NCBI GenBank assembly: GCA_964504255.1
Contig: CAZDDU010000002.1
Coordinates: 60,385-124,384, forward strand
Origin: an uncultured Candidatus Saccharibacteria bacterium
GTDB taxonomy: Bacteria > Patescibacteriota > Minisyncoccia > Phycocordibacterales > Zambryskibacteraceae
DNA: 64,000 nucleotides
Direction of reading: 5' to 3'
Shown in pieces: positions 36,594 through 47,559 of this stretch. Within the stretch, counting starts at the first letter, position 1; every line of letters begins with the position of its first letter. Made by a program: the position numbers and the translations under genes. The notes below the pieces were generated by a model, which saw only the letters and a list, made by a program, of their open reading frames with translations, did not search any database and had not been told where the DNA came from.

Positions 36594-37451
36594 TTATATC
36601 CCTTCTTTTTTGAGTTCCTCGATGAGTTTCTTGGCGTCCTTAGAGAGCTTTTCGGGCATGTTCACCTTGATCCTGACATAGAGGTCACCACGCTTGTCCT
36701 TGCTCATAGGTACCCCCTTACCCTTCACCCTTAAGATTGTGCCAGTATTCGTGCCTTGAGGGACCTTGAGTACTATGTCGCCGTCTAGAGTCGCAATGCG
36801 GTGCTCGGCGCCTAGTAGAGCCTCAGAGAGCTTGATAGTGAGGTCCATGAGGAGGTTGTAACCCTCTTTCTTTAGGGTTGGGTGGCGACGCACATGTACC
36901 TTCACATATAGGTCTCCTGGCACCCCACCCTCTACAGTCTCACCCATAGCAGACATTCGGATCATCTGACCATCATCAATGCCTGGGGGTACGCTGATAG
37001 CCACCTCCTTCTGCTTCACCAGTTTGGAGTTGATAACCACCTTCCTGTCAGCACCAAAAACCGACTCGTGGAACGAGAGCTCGATGTCCACTGCAATGTC
37101 TCTACCCCTCCTTACTCGCCTACCGCCAAAGATTGATGAGAGTATGTCACCCAAGTCCCCTCCTTCGAATCCCGCCTGCGAGAAGTTGGAGAAGTCGAAG
37201 CCGAAGTCGTTTGGATTGAACCCTTGTCCTCCACCACCCATGCCACCAGTACTACCGAAGTTGTCGTACTGTGCGCGCTTCTGCTTGTCAGAGAGCACTG
37301 TGTAAGCCTCATTCAATTCTTTGAACTTGGCTTCGTCACCTGACTTCTTGTCTGGATGGTATTGATGTGCAAGTTTGCGAAAGGCCTTTTTGATTTCGTC
37401 CTCTGAAGCACCTCTCTCTATTCCTAATATTTTGTAATAGTCTTTAGACAT
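36594..37451 (-). CDS. dnaJ: DnaJ-class chaperone lacking zinc-finger repeats
   Basis: J domain with HPD, G/F linker, C-terminal domain; in grpE-dnaK operon. Confidence 0.9.
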   Translation of the reverse strand: MSKDYYKILGIERGASEDEIKKAFRKLAHQYHPDKKSGDEAKFKELNEAYTVLSDKQKRAQYDNFGSTGGMGGGGQGFNPNDFGFDFSNFSQAGFEGGDLGDILSSIFGGRRVRRGRDIAVDIELSFHESVFGADRKVVINSKLVKQKEVAISVPPGIDDGQMIRMSAMGETVEGGVPGDLYVKVHVRRHPTLKKEGYNLLMDLTIKLSEALLGAEHRIATLDGDIVLKVPQGTNTGTILRVKGKGVPMSKDKRGDLYVRIKVNMPEKLSKDAKKLIEELKKEGI

Positions 37452-39337
37452 TATTTAGCTTCTGATGTGTCTGCGTCCTTAATGTCTGGATTTTCAGTAT
37501 TCTCAGTTGGTTTTGCTTCCTCTGCATTCGGTGTTGCTTGGTTCTTATTTAAGTACTCACCAATTTTCTGCATCTCGGTTGATAGAGCTTCGCTCGCTGA
37601 CTTTATAGCATCTAGGTCTGTACCGTCCTTAACTTTCCTTAGGTCTTCAATCTTAGCGTTCACACCAGTCTTGATGTCTTCAGGTAGAGTTGGTGCGTCC
37701 TTGAGACCCTTCTCAGCGGTGTAGATAAGTTGCTCTGAGAGATTCTTGGCGTCGACGAGACTCTTCTTCTTCTCGTCCTCTGCTGCATTCATCTCTGCGT
37801 CCTTCTGCATCTTCTCAATCTCCTCTTTGGATAGTCCACTTGATGCCTCGATGCGGATAGACTGCTCCTTGCCTGTAGACTTGTCCTTGGCCTTCACTTG
37901 TAGAATACCGTTTGCATCTATATCGAAGGTGACCTCGATTTGTGGGAGACCACGAGGACTTGGTGGTATGCCGTCTAGTACGAACCTGCCAATAGACTTG
38001 TTGTCAGAAGCCATTGCTCTCTCTCCTTGCACGATGTGGATCTCAACCGATGGTTGGTTGTCTGCAGCAGTAGAGAATACTTGTGACTTAGCAGCTGGGA
38101 TGGTGGTGTTCTTCTCAATCAACTTAGTAGCGACTCCACCCATGGTCTCAATGCCGAAAGAAAGTGGAATGACATCCAAAAGTAGTATGTCTTTAACATC
38201 TCCAGTAATGATACCTCCTTGTACTGCAGCACCGAGCGCCACTACCTCGTCTGGGTTGATGCTTTTGTTAGGCTCTTTGCCGAAGAAGTTCTTCACACTC
38301 TCGGCGATCTTTGGCATCCTGGTCTGACCTCCGACTAGTAGCACCTCGTTGATCTCTCCGACTTTAAATGGAGAGGACTCTACTGCACGCTTGGTGATGG
38401 TCATTGCACGATCGACGAACTCTTGTGCGAGCTCTTCTAACTTCGCTCTATTCATCTTGAGGAGTAGGTGCTTTGGACCTGATGCGTCTGAGGTGATGAA
38501 TGGGATATTGATCTCGGTCTCTACTGCACTTGAGAGCTCGATCTTCGCCTTCTCTGCTGCTTCGTCTAGTCGCTGGAGTGCAAGCGCGTCTCCACGCACA
38601 TCAATGCCTGACTCCTTCTTGTACTCGTCTGCAATCCAGTTAAGGATCTTCTGGTCGATGTCCTTACCTCCAAGGTGCGAGTCTCCATCTGTGGACTTAA
38701 CCTCAACCACATCGTCACCAACCTCTAATATAGAAATATCAAATGTTCCTCCTCCGAAGTCGAAGACTGCGATCTTCTCATTCTTCTTCTTGTTCAAACC
38801 ATAGGCGAGTGCCGCTGCTGTAGGCTCGTTGATGATGCGCTTCACATCCAAGCCTGCGATCTGACCAGCGTCCTTGGTAGCCTGTCTCTGAGCATCGTTG
38901 AAGTATGCAGGAACGGTGATAACCGCTTCTGTGACCTTCTCTCCCAACCTCGCCTCTACATCTGCCTTGATCTTTTGCAAGATCATTGCCGAGATCTCCT
39001 CTGGGCGGTAGTCCTTGTCGTTCATCTTGACCACTACCCCTCCTTGAGGACCTTCCTTAACCTCATATGGCACAACAGCCTTATCCTTCTGAGTAGAAGG
39101 TTCTGCGAAGGTGTGTCCGATGAAGCGTTTGATACCAAAGACTGTGTTCTTAGGGTTTGTTACCGCCTGCCTCTTCGCAAGTAGACCGACGAGTCTCTCT
39201 CCAGTCTTAGACACTGCGACAATAGAGGGTGTAGTACGAGCACCCTCGCTGTTCTCCATTATTTTTGGACTCCCAGCTTCCATAACTGCGACTGCTGAGA
39301 AAGTTGTACCCAAGTCGATGCCGATTATTTTAGCCAT
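37451..39337 (-). CDS. dnaK: Chaperone DnaK
   Basis: [31 protein letters not shown]. Confidence 0.99.
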   Translation of the reverse strand: MAKIIGIDLGTTFSAVAVMEAGSPKIMENSEGARTTPSIVAVSKTGERLVGLLAKRQAVTNPKNTVFGIKRFIGHTFAEPSTQKDKAVVPYEVKEGPQGGVVVKMNDKDYRPEEISAMILQKIKADVEARLGEKVTEAVITVPAYFNDAQRQATKDAGQIAGLDVKRIINEPTAAALAYGLNKKKNEKIAVFDFGGGTFDISILEVGDDVVEVKSTDGDSHLGGKDIDQKILNWIADEYKKESGIDVRGDALALQRLDEAAEKAKIELSSAVETEINIPFITSDASGPKHLLLKMNRAKLEELAQEFVDRAMTITKRAVESSPFKVGEINEVLLVGGQTRMPKIAESVKNFFGKEPNKSINPDEVVALGAAVQGGIITGDVKDILLLDVIPLSFGIETMGGVATKLIEKNTTIPAAKSQVFSTAADNQPSVEIHIVQGERAMASDNKSIGRFVLDGIPPSPRGLPQIEVTFDIDANGILQVKAKDKSTGKEQSIRIEASSGLSKEEIEKMQKDAEMNAAEDEKKKSLVDAKNLSEQLIYTAEKGLKDAPTLPEDIKTGVNAKIEDLRKVKDGTDLDAIKSASEALSTEMQKIGEYLNKNQATPNAEEAKPTENTENPDIKDADTSEAK

Positions 39338-39347
39338 GGTTGTGTTG

Positions 39348-39887
39348 TTAGTATCTATTAATCTTGTACTCCCCTGTCTTTACAATAGCAGCGCGGAGAG
39401 TTTTGCCTGATAGTATATAACCTTTCTGCACTACTTCAAGAATCTGATTATCTTCCTCTGGATTCTCTGTCTCTACTACCCCTATCGCCTCATGGTGCTT
39501 GGGGTCAAACATCTCGTGGAGCGGATTCACCTCTTCCAGCCCGTGTGTTTTAAGAATCTTTAGGAGCTGCTTGTGTATTGGTTTGGATCCTTCGTCTCCG
39601 TGAGTCTCAGCGAGGGTGAAGCTGTCGAGTACCGGTATGAGCTCGCTCACTACATCGCTCTTAGCAAACTTTATAAACTCCACCCTATCGTCCTCGTCTC
39701 TCTTACGCAGGTTGACGAAGTCGGCCTTGGCTCTCTGCAATTCATTTAAGTATTCCTTGGCTTTCTCCTCGGCTGCCTTGAGCTTCTCCTTCAGTTTCTT
39801 AATAGTATCGCCCTGATGCTCTTCGGCTAGCACGGAGTCGTCCAAGTCTGACTCAGAATCTATCTGAATATCATCGTTTTCCTGCAT
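39348..39887 (-). CDS. grpE: Nucleotide exchange factor GrpE
   Basis: [24 protein letters not shown]; start placed at ATG 39887. Confidence 0.95.
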   Translation of the reverse strand: MQENDDIQIDSESDLDDSVLAEEHQGDTIKKLKEKLKAAEEKAKEYLNELQRAKADFVNLRKRDEDDRVEFIKFAKSDVVSELIPVLDSFTLAETHGDEGSKPIHKQLLKILKTHGLEEVNPLHEMFDPKHHEAIGVVETENPEEDNQILEVVQKGYILSGKTLRAAIVKTGEYKINRY

Positions 39888-39944
39888 AATTGCCCGCATT
39901 ATAACCGGTTTTTACCTCTAAATCAAGAGGTGATTTAGAAACAA

Positions 39945-41036
39945 TTAGTTTCTTTTAAACGAATTAAGAACCTTATTGTATGCATCAATATCTACTCTAG
40001 CCTCGTTCCCATACACATAAACAGGTTCTTTCAAATCAAACTCTTTTCGTTCTATGTACCTATTTAATTGCACGCTTACTACTGAGGTACCAGATAAAAA
40101 CTCAAAACCTTCTCCATTTTCTCCTGCATCATAAGCCCAGCTAAAACCATAGCCATCGATATTACCAAGCTTTCTTGGTTCATAGAAATAAACTGACTTA
40201 TTAGCCACCCTGTAAGGATAAACACTTTGTTTTTGGACATCCAGGAATCTATTCAAAGTTGAAGAGCTGTATGTGGTGTCATTGATTCTTATTTCCAACA
40301 CTTTTATATCCTCTCCAAATCCATTAATACTGCCAGGATGGATAACTTCAATTGTTGAGAATGCCCACTTGTATTTTGGGTCATTTTGGGTAGTTTCCTT
40401 CAATGTGTAATCAGAGGGATACTCAAAACTGAACTTATATTTATCGTTTCTGTATGTCTTTTCTTTCGAAGTATCAATTGATTTTATTGTACGTAATATT
40501 CTCTCATAGGTATTAAATGGTTCTCCGGTTATTTGAGCTCTCCAGTTAGAGTCATTCAAATTAAAATAATAGTAATGCAATCTCCATTCATCATCACCCA
40601 TTTGTCCTGTATATGTTTGATACTTAACTTTTATTAATGAATTCATTAGTTCAGATTCTGATTCAAGCCTCTTAAAGTCAGGTATCTTACAAACATCATT
40701 TTGTATTTCAAGGTTATAACCAATTGAAACCCTCGCGTATGGTAGCACACAGTCATTATATGAAGACTCGGAAACATAAGTGTCTACTATTTCATAAGTA
40801 ACTTCCATATCTTTAGGGTACTTAAACTCAAAGCCCAACTCCTCGCTTCTATAAGTCAGCCAATCAGATAAATTATCCGTAGACGTCTGAGGGGTCTCCT
40901 TTAATAGTTCTGATGCATGAGGAATTACTTGTGGTTGGTTTATTTCAAATGTATCTGCGGTTTTATAGAAACTATAAAGACTCCAGGTGGTAATCAAAAG
41001 AAATACCAATATTAATCCAATCAATATTCTTCTCAT
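39945..41036 (-). CDS. Membrane-anchored surface protein with two related PsbP-like modules
   Basis: N-terminal TM; repeated module starts WLTYRSEELGFEFKYP and KTYRNDKYKFSFEYP; AT-rich. Confidence 0.75.
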   Translation of the reverse strand: MRRILIGLILVFLLITTWSLYSFYKTADTFEINQPQVIPHASELLKETPQTSTDNLSDWLTYRSEELGFEFKYPKDMEVTYEIVDTYVSESSYNDCVLPYARVSIGYNLEIQNDVCKIPDFKRLESESELMNSLIKVKYQTYTGQMGDDEWRLHYYYFNLNDSNWRAQITGEPFNTYERILRTIKSIDTSKEKTYRNDKYKFSFEYPSDYTLKETTQNDPKYKWAFSTIEVIHPGSINGFGEDIKVLEIRINDTTYSSSTLNRFLDVQKQSVYPYRVANKSVYFYEPRKLGNIDGYGFSWAYDAGENGEGFEFLSGTSVVSVQLNRYIERKEFDLKEPVYVYGNEARVDIDAYNKVLNSFKRN

Positions 41037-41056
41037 GAATTAATTTTATCACAAAC

Positions 41057-41079
41057 AAAAACCCGCCTTTCGGCGGATT
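41057..41079 (-). terminator. Terminator after rpsI
   Basis: ccgcc-gaaa-ggcgg followed by gttttt on minus strand. Confidence 0.8.
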
Positions 41080-41086
41080 GTTGTAA

Positions 41087-41491
41087 CTATCTCTTACTCC
41101 ACTGTGGAGACTTACGGGCCTTTTTGAGACCGAACTTCTTGCGCTCGACGGCTCGAGGATCTCGCTTGAGGAAGCCTTTAACCTTCAATTTACCTCTTAG
41201 GTTTTTATCATAAATCTCTAGTGCTCTAGCAATACCGTGTGAGACTGCTACAGATTGTGAGGAGATACCACCACCAACGACCTTTACTGTTACCTTGAAC
41301 TTCTGAGTTACCTCTGCGGCATCAAAGGTTGATGTAACATTCCTTCTAAGCTCAGCAACTGGGAAGTAGTCCTCGAAAGGTCTCTCGTTAACCTCGATAT
41401 GAGTCTTGGCTGCAGGTGTAATGCGAACACGAGCAATAGAGGTCTTCCTGCGTCCTGTTGCACCTATGTATCTCTCTGCTTTTTCTGCCAT
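41087..41491 (-). CDS. rpsI: 30S ribosomal protein S9
   Basis: TGRRKTSIARV, RDPRAVERKK, PQWSKR. Confidence 0.98.
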   Translation of the reverse strand: MAEKAERYIGATGRRKTSIARVRITPAAKTHIEVNERPFEDYFPVAELRRNVTSTFDAAEVTQKFKVTVKVVGGGISSQSVAVSHGIARALEIYDKNLRGKLKVKGFLKRDPRAVERKKFGLKKARKSPQWSKR

Positions 41492-41495
41492 ATAT

Positions 41496-41840
41496 TTAGT
41501 CGGTGATTTTTAAATTCTTGATCATACGAGGTCGGAGCTTGTTCTTAGGAAGCATGCCAAGGACAGCGCGGCGAAGCACTTCCTTACCACCCTTCTTGTC
41601 GATCATCTGCTTCATAGAAGGAAGCTTGAGAGAACCTGGGTAACCAGAGTGTGAGGCGTACTTCTTATCAATAAGCTTCTTAGCGTCGAAAGACATTGAG
41701 TTAGCATTGGTCACCTCGATCTCCACCTCAGGCATTGTGTTCTTGGCGAAGTCAGCTCGGTTCTTACCCATGAGAAGTACCGCTAGCTCTGCTGCTAGTC
41801 GTCCTGGCTTCTTGTCTGTAGCATCGAATGTGTACTTCAT
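41496..41840 (-). CDS. rplM: 50S ribosomal protein L13 (short form)
   Basis: GRLAAELAVLLMGK, HSGYPGSLK, GMLPKNKL. Confidence 0.96.
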   Translation of the reverse strand: MKYTFDATDKKPGRLAAELAVLLMGKNRADFAKNTMPEVEIEVTNANSMSFDAKKLIDKKYASHSGYPGSLKLPSMKQMIDKKGGKEVLRRAVLGMLPKNKLRPRMIKNLKITD

Positions 41841-41848
41841 ATATTTAT

Positions 41849-42196
41849 TTAAACGAATTCTATTACAGCCATCTTTGCACCATCAGAGTCTCTGCGCACA
41901 AGCTTGGTGATACGAGTGTATCCACCCTCACGCTTCTTGTAGGTAGTAGCAAGAGAACTAGCGATCTTCTCTGCGGCCATCTTGCCTACACGAGAGGTCA
42001 AAAGTCTCTTAGAAGCTGGAGTCTCCTTCTTCCCCATGGTTACCAGCTTCTCAACATAAGGCCTGAGCTCCTTGGCCTTAGCCTCGGTAGTCTTGATCTT
42101 GCCCTCGAGCACCAAGTTGTGCGCCAAAGACTTCATCAAGGCCTTTCTTTGGCCTGCTACTCTTCCGAATTTTCTGTTGGCGTTATGATGTCTCAT
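41849..42196 (-). CDS. rplQ: 50S ribosomal protein L17
   Basis: MRHH, IKTTEAKAKE, GGYTRI. Confidence 0.98.
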   Translation of the reverse strand: MRHHNANRKFGRVAGQRKALMKSLAHNLVLEGKIKTTEAKAKELRPYVEKLVTMGKKETPASKRLLTSRVGKMAAEKIASSLATTYKKREGGYTRITKLVRRDSDGAKMAVIEFV

Positions 42197-42215
42197 GGGA
42201 GCACTAATTTATACA

Positions 42216-43172
42216 CTATTTGAGCGTAATTCCAAACTCGCCCAAAGCTTTCTTGATCTCTTGGATGCCCTTTGAGCCTAGACCCTCGATCTCTAGGAGA
42301 TCCTTCTCCTTCTTCCTTGCGAGGCCACCTAGGGTACGAATGTTGCCGTTGTTTAGAGCATTCTGAGTTCTAGAAGAGAGGTCTAGAGACTCAACTCTGG
42401 TCTTTAGGATCTCAGGGTCGAGTTCCGACTTAATGCCGTCATGATCTGCAGTAGGCATCGTCGACATAGGCACCTCCTCCTCCTTGAATCCAATGATAGC
42501 CTTCAACTGGTTGATCATGATCTCGATAGACTTGGTAAGCGCATCGTTAGATGAGATAGTACCGTCGGTCTCGATAGAGAGTTTTAGCTTGTTGAAGTCA
42601 GTTCTGTCACCAACGCGCATGTTCTCTACCTCGTAGCTCACTCGTCTAATAGGGGTGAAGATTGCGTCCAGTGCGATGAAGCCAATGTCCACTCTCTCCT
42701 TCTGTAATACATCCTTCTGGATGAATCCAAGACCCTTCTCTGCTCTCATCTCGATTTCAAGAGTTGTAGACTTGTCAGTGATAGTAGCGATGTGCTGGTC
42801 TGGGTTAAGGATCTCAACTTGGCCAGGAAGTTCGATGTCAGCGGCTGTAACCTCTTTGTCACCCTTGATCTTAAGAGTTAGTGTCTGAGCTTCGTCTGTA
42901 GAGAAGCGCATACGAACCTTCTTTAGGTTAAGAAGGATAGTGATTACATCTTCTTTAACACCGTCGATAACTGAGAACTCGTGTGAGACACCAGAAATTT
43001 TAACTGAGGTAATAGCGACACCAGGAAGAGATGAGAGAATAATCCTTCTCAAGCTATTGCCTAGGGTGTGACCGTATCCAGGGTAAAGACCCTCGATCTC
43101 ATAAACGCCAGAGAGTCCCTCCTCAGAGACGATCTTTGGCTTCGAAGGTAGAAGAATTGTGTGATCTGCCAT
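42216..43172 (-). CDS. rpoA: RNA polymerase alpha subunit
   Basis: GYGHTLGNSLRRIILSSLPG, LDAIFTPI, alpha-CTD. Confidence 0.99.
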   Translation of the reverse strand: MADHTILLPSKPKIVSEEGLSGVYEIEGLYPGYGHTLGNSLRRIILSSLPGVAITSVKISGVSHEFSVIDGVKEDVITILLNLKKVRMRFSTDEAQTLTLKIKGDKEVTAADIELPGQVEILNPDQHIATITDKSTTLEIEMRAEKGLGFIQKDVLQKERVDIGFIALDAIFTPIRRVSYEVENMRVGDRTDFNKLKLSIETDGTISSNDALTKSIEIMINQLKAIIGFKEEEVPMSTMPTADHDGIKSELDPEILKTRVESLDLSSRTQNALNNGNIRTLGGLARKKEKDLLEIEGLGSKGIQEIKKALGEFGITLK

Positions 43173-43196
43173 ATGTTTGTTAAATAAATATTAAAA

Positions 43197-43802
43197 TTAT
43201 CGGCTATAAAATTCGATAACCGCACCAAGGTCAAAAACTGATGCACTCTTCTCATATACTGGCTTACCCATGACCTTCGACTCGGCCTTCTCTGGATTTA
43301 CAGTGAGCCAAGCTGGCACAGGGGCCTGCTTGAGGCGCTCGTCGACGCCTAAGAAGAGAGCGCTCTTTTGGCTCCCCTCACGCACACTAACCACATCGCC
43401 CTCACGAAGCTCGATCGAAGGCACAGTCACACGACCACCATTAACAGTGGTGTGACCGTGAGAAGCCATTTGTCTTGCTTGGAGTCTGGTCTTAGCAAAG
43501 CCAGAGCGATAAAGAACGTTATCGAGTCTAGACTCTAGAGCCTGGAAGAGCTTCTGAGTTGGCTCTGGAGCGTGTAGAGATTTCTTCACATACTTGGCGA
43601 ACTGCTTCTCAGTCACACCGTAGGAGAAGCGGGCTTTCTGCTTCTCTATAAGTTGCTTGCCGAACTCTGACTTTGGTCTAGTTGGCATTTGGTCGTTCTT
43701 CTCCTTCTTTGAGAGTGAGAGTGCGTACTTAGGGCCTTGAGTCTTCTCAAATATAGGGGCACCGAGTCTTCTAGCTAGCTTGTATTTTGGTCCAATTTTC
43801 AT
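43197..43802 (-). CDS. rpsD: 30S ribosomal protein S4
   Basis: GPKYKLARRLG, EKQK, LESRLDNVLYR, IEFYSR. Confidence 0.98.
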   Translation of the reverse strand: MKIGPKYKLARRLGAPIFEKTQGPKYALSLSKKEKNDQMPTRPKSEFGKQLIEKQKARFSYGVTEKQFAKYVKKSLHAPEPTQKLFQALESRLDNVLYRSGFAKTRLQARQMASHGHTTVNGGRVTVPSIELREGDVVSVREGSQKSALFLGVDERLKQAPVPAWLTVNPEKAESKVMGKPVYEKSASVFDLGAVIEFYSR

Positions 43803-43811
43803 AAAATTTTT

Positions 43812-43832
43812 ATTTATAGTGAGCTTGTCGAA
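43812..43832 (-). repeat. Short REP-like repeat, copy 2
   Basis: ttcgacaagctcactataaat directly after rpsK stop. Confidence 0.6.
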
Positions 43833-44267
43833 CTATGCTCTTCGAGGCTTAGGTGGTTTAGGACCGTTATGAGGCACAGGTGTCCTGTCTGTAATAGTAG
43901 TGAGGTTAATACCCTTAGAGATAAAGCCTCTGATAGCTGACTCGCGGCCAGAGCCAACGCCACGGACGTTCACACTGACTTCCTTAACGCCGAGGAGGAG
44001 TGCCTTGTCGCCGATAACCTCGCCAATCTTGGCCGCTGCGAAAGGAGTTCCCTTCTTAGCACCTTTGAAGCCTAGGGCTCCAGAAGTCGACCAAGCTACT
44101 ACGTTACCCTTCTCATCAGCAAGAACAACCTTAGTGTTGTTATAAGTTGACTCGACATTGAGGATGCCTGTTTCTAGGCGCTTTTTGCCACTAGTCTTAG
44201 GCTGAGCCGCTACTGCTGGCTTTGCATCCTCCTTGCCCTCTGTTTCTATGATTCTTTTTTTACCCAT
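43833..44267 (-). CDS. rpsK: 30S ribosomal protein S11
   Basis: STYNNT, GFKGAKKGTPFAA, PVPHNG. Confidence 0.98.
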   Translation of the reverse strand: MGKKRIIETEGKEDAKPAVAAQPKTSGKKRLETGILNVESTYNNTKVVLADEKGNVVAWSTSGALGFKGAKKGTPFAAAKIGEVIGDKALLLGVKEVSVNVRGVGSGRESAIRGFISKGINLTTITDRTPVPHNGPKPPKPRRA

Positions 44268-44272
44268 ATATT

Positions 44273-44653
44273 TTATGTCTTTTCTACTGCACGGCGACCA
44301 GTACCCATGGTCTTTCGGACGTTACCTCTTCTTGTACGAGAGTTGGTCTTGGTCCTCTGACCACGGACTGGCATACCTCTCTGATGTCTGACACCTCTGT
44401 AGGCCTTGATATCCTTAAGTCTCTTGATGTTTGCCTGAACTTCGCGCTTTAGGTCACCTTCGAGAGTAATCTTTTCTATAATAGATCTGATCTTGTTCTC
44501 CTCCTCAATATTTATATCCTTTGGTCTCTTAGACCTTTCTACCTTGGCCTCAGAGAGGATGGCTGCTGCACGGGATCTACCGATGCCAAAAAGGACAGTT
44601 AGTCCAATATCAATGCGTTTATCTTCTGGTATGGTAATTCCGAGTAATCTCAT
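44273..44653 (-). CDS. rpsM: 30S ribosomal protein S13
   Basis: FGIGRS, LEGDLKR, MPVRGQRTKTNSRTR. Confidence 0.98.
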   Translation of the reverse strand: MRLLGITIPEDKRIDIGLTVLFGIGRSRAAAILSEAKVERSKRPKDINIEEENKIRSIIEKITLEGDLKREVQANIKRLKDIKAYRGVRHQRGMPVRGQRTKTNSRTRRGNVRKTMGTGRRAVEKT

Positions 44654-44770
44654 TTAACCTTGTCGCTGCTTGTGTCTAGCGTTAGCTTTGCAAATAACAT
44701 ACACGTATCCCTTGCGCCTAACAATCTGGCACTGACCGCACATTTTCTTGACAGATGCCTTTACTTTCAT
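44654..44770 (-). CDS. rpmJ: 50S ribosomal protein L36, zinc-binding form (not in ORF track)
   Basis: [38 protein letters not shown]. Confidence 0.97.
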   Translation of the reverse strand: MKVKASVKKMCGQCQIVRRKGYVYVICKANARHKQRQG

Positions 44771-44818
44771 AGAGAAAACACATTGTAACCGAGTGCTAGT
44801 TTTCTGTCAACTAGGGCT

Positions 44819-45034
44819 CTACAGACGCTTAATAATGCGAGGCTTGCCTCCGTATGGCTCTAACTCAAGTATTACTCTGTCGCCTACAAGGACCCTGATT
44901 CTATGCAGTCTCATCTTGCCAGATAGGTAGGTCAAAATCTCTTCATCTGACCCATCAATCTTCACCTTAAACATGATGTTTGGTAGGGCCTCGGTGACTG
45001 TGCCTGTTCTTTCTAGCTCTTGGTTATGTGCCAT
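44819..45034 (-). CDS. infA: Translation initiation factor IF-1
   Basis: GTVTEALPN, LSGKMR, IRVLVGDRV. Confidence 0.97.
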   Translation of the reverse strand: MAHNQELERTGTVTEALPNIMFKVKIDGSDEEILTYLSGKMRLHRIRVLVGDRVILELEPYGGKPRIIKRL

Positions 45035-46362
45035 TATTCCTGAACCTCTATCTTAATCTTTGTTTCGTCAGATGGGAAGCTCGACTTCCAGAAGGGTCTA
45101 ATGACAGCAGATGCCTCTATGATAGATGGATACCCCTTAAGGATCTCAAATAGATCTGATTCTTCCTTGCCTTTGATGTCAGCGAGTAGAGAGGCTTCGT
45201 CGGTGATTGAGATAATGGTAGCTGATCCGATGAAAGAGAGCTTGATGGCTTGTGTACTAGTAGCTTCGGTATTAACTAGTGATGCGCTCAGCTTTGATGT
45301 ATCAACGAAGTCGACTGGTGCGCCGACCTTATCAGCCCCAAGCTTCTGGACTGCCAAGTACTGAGCAAGATCAGTCTTCTTAAAGATCCAGGCGCTTAGG
45401 TCACCCCTTAAGGCCACCTTAGCCTTACCTTGACCTCCCGCCTCTGTTGGTAATAGTTCATAAGCAACTTTGTTAAGTCCTGGAAAGAGTATGTAGCCCT
45501 CTGGAGTCTGACCAAGAATCTGAGTATCTAAATCAGTCTTAACCTGTGTTTCAAGTGAGGTTCTTGCTCCGGCTAGAGCCTCTGCACTCACTTTCTTTCT
45601 CAAGCCAATGAATCCTCCAGACATATTAGTCTTAGATCTACCGTATACCTTACTAAAGCGTGGGGTTCCCTTAAGTCCAGGTAAAGTGAAGTCGGAGAGT
45701 GTGATGTTGTACTCCTGACCAGGCTGATCAGCTACAACCTCAACTTCCAAGTTGCTTTTAGCCTTAACCGTTACATCGGCCTCTAATCTAAACACCTTAC
45801 CATCAGAGGATTCGAAGCGAGTACTCTTAACCAATTGCTGATCTGTAGATTGCTCGTTATAAATAGCGATGCGACCCTTAGCCTTCTCAGAAACAGTTTC
45901 GTCACCAGTAGCTTCCACCTCGATGCTCTTAGTGCTGGAGAGCTTTATGGTGCTATAGACCAAAGCACTCGTACTTGCATTTGGGTAAGCAGAGTATGTG
46001 TCATTTGCGAAGGCAACTGATGTTACCTTGGGCTTGTAGGTTAGCACTGCACCATTCCTTAGTGTAATAAACATAAGAACGATAAGAACGGTTACAAGTA
46101 TGCCACCAACTATTTTCTTTGTGCTCTTGTGCCTTGCTGGCTCTACATCACCATAACTGAGTCTGGGCTCAGACCTGAAAACATTTGATGCACTAATAGG
46201 AGTGCTGACAGGTGCCCTTTCTGGCACAACCGCTTCTCTAGGTATTTCTCTTGCCTCTCGTACAAACGAAGGCCTTACATCATCAGTTTTCCTGATTGGT
46301 ATTGGGATGTCTCGGATACTCTTTCTACTTGAATGAACTACATCTTCTATTTTCTTTGGCAT
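45034..46362 (-). CDS. Single-TM protein with large beta-rich extracytoplasmic domain (baseplate-J-like segment)
   Basis: KAKGRIAIYN...TRFES...VVADQPGQEYNI...GG pattern; downstream of FtsA-like gene. Confidence 0.65.
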   Translation of the reverse strand: MPKKIEDVVHSSRKSIRDIPIPIRKTDDVRPSFVREAREIPREAVVPERAPVSTPISASNVFRSEPRLSYGDVEPARHKSTKKIVGGILVTVLIVLMFITLRNGAVLTYKPKVTSVAFANDTYSAYPNASTSALVYSTIKLSSTKSIEVEATGDETVSEKAKGRIAIYNEQSTDQQLVKSTRFESSDGKVFRLEADVTVKAKSNLEVEVVADQPGQEYNITLSDFTLPGLKGTPRFSKVYGRSKTNMSGGFIGLRKKVSAEALAGARTSLETQVKTDLDTQILGQTPEGYILFPGLNKVAYELLPTEAGGQGKAKVALRGDLSAWIFKKTDLAQYLAVQKLGADKVGAPVDFVDTSKLSASLVNTEATSTQAIKLSFIGSATIISITDEASLLADIKGKEESDLFEILKGYPSIIEASAVIRPFWKSSFPSDETKIKIEVQE

Positions 46363-46378
46363 TTGAGTAAATTGTATA

Positions 46379-47536
46379 TTAGCTAATCAAGTTTGCAAAG
46401 GAGGACAAGAGTAAAATTCTTTCGTCCTTAGACTCTTTGGCACTATTCTCCACCAACTCACGTGTAAAGGTGTTTGTGTCCCCAATAAGAATAATATTCT
46501 TGTCTGGGAAAACACTTTCCAAAAAAGTTTTCATCAGCTTTCCGAATTTTGGGTCAGTAACTAAGAAGATCGAGTAGGGTACCTCAGCGCTCTGCATGAT
46601 CTTTTGGCTGACGTCTGACCACATGTCTCTCCAGACTGTCTCATTCTCTGTAAGGATCCTGTCTATTGACTCAGTAGTGGTCTTGTCTAGAGCTCCTTCG
46701 GCGAAGAGAGTCAGGTAGGAGCTTGCTACCTCTCTTGGAATATTTAACTTCCCGGCTACGGCCTCAATAATTGACGCTGGACCGAATGGCAAGTTCGCAT
46801 TAAGAGCCAGGTTATTGTGTCTGAGGAACAAAACATCAGTTATATGAGTGGTCATGTTGATCAGAAGAGCCGAGTGTAGATTGTTGAAGGAGTGAGAAAG
46901 CACTTTATAGAAGACATACATGAAACTATGCATCACGACACCCTTCTTTAAAGCCAGAGTCCTAATTATCTGATCCTCAATTTTTGTTAGTAGGTCCTTG
47001 GTGGATGCACTAAGAATGAAGCTGATCTCAACCTCACTCACTTTCTCCGACTTCGGCTCTGATGCGGGGTAGCCGTTCATGTATAGGTCCATGACTGCAG
47101 ATTCGAAAATCTCGCTCTCCTCTGCAAAGCTCTCCTTCAAACTATTTTGGAAGATACTCTTCTCCTCGTTGATTACACCGAGCATAAACTTTTTATCAAA
47201 GACAAACTCTTCTTCCTTCTTGATCTCAACAGTCTTCAAATATGAGTCGACCCATGGTGAAGAGAAGGTAATGACAGCCTTGTCCACCCTAACCTTCTTC
47301 ATCAAAGAAACCTTCTTCACTATAAAGTCGAGAACTCCGCCAAGCGAAGTGAGCACAGCCTTGTCAGGTGAGAAGGACGCGTCCTTAACCTTGAAATTGT
47401 ACTCAGACTCGAAGGCCGTGAGCACTCGAGGCACCTTACCCTCGCTTGTAGCAACAAGTGCTCCGGAGGTAGAACCAGAGGAAATGTCGACGACTAGAAT
47501 ATTAAAGTCCTTTTTCCCACTAAACCAAGGTGACAT
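46379..47536 (-). CDS. Divergent actin-fold FtsA/PilM-like protein
   Basis: N-terminal VVDISSGS phosphate-1 motif; LPFGPASII...AGKLNI resembles FtsA. Confidence 0.6.
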   Translation of the reverse strand: MSPWFSGKKDFNILVVDISSGSTSGALVATSEGKVPRVLTAFESEYNFKVKDASFSPDKAVLTSLGGVLDFIVKKVSLMKKVRVDKAVITFSSPWVDSYLKTVEIKKEEEFVFDKKFMLGVINEEKSIFQNSLKESFAEESEIFESAVMDLYMNGYPASEPKSEKVSEVEISFILSASTKDLLTKIEDQIIRTLALKKGVVMHSFMYVFYKVLSHSFNNLHSALLINMTTHITDVLFLRHNNLALNANLPFGPASIIEAVAGKLNIPREVASSYLTLFAEGALDKTTTESIDRILTENETVWRDMWSDVSQKIMQSAEVPYSIFLVTDPKFGKLMKTFLESVFPDKNIILIGDTNTFTRELVENSAKESKDERILLLSSFANLIS

Positions 47537-47559
47537 AACTCTATTGTAGCAAAGCTACA

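Noticed and set aside
39900-39944. CIRCE/HrcA operator upstream of grpE-dnaK-dnaJ
   Set aside because: No TTAGCACTC-N9-GAGTGCTAA; only a short acctct/agaggt inverted repeat of unclear meaning.
45034-46362. Prophage suggested by baseplate-J-like segment
   Set aside because: Single membrane-anchored gene amid core genes; no terminase, capsid, tail or integrase nearby.
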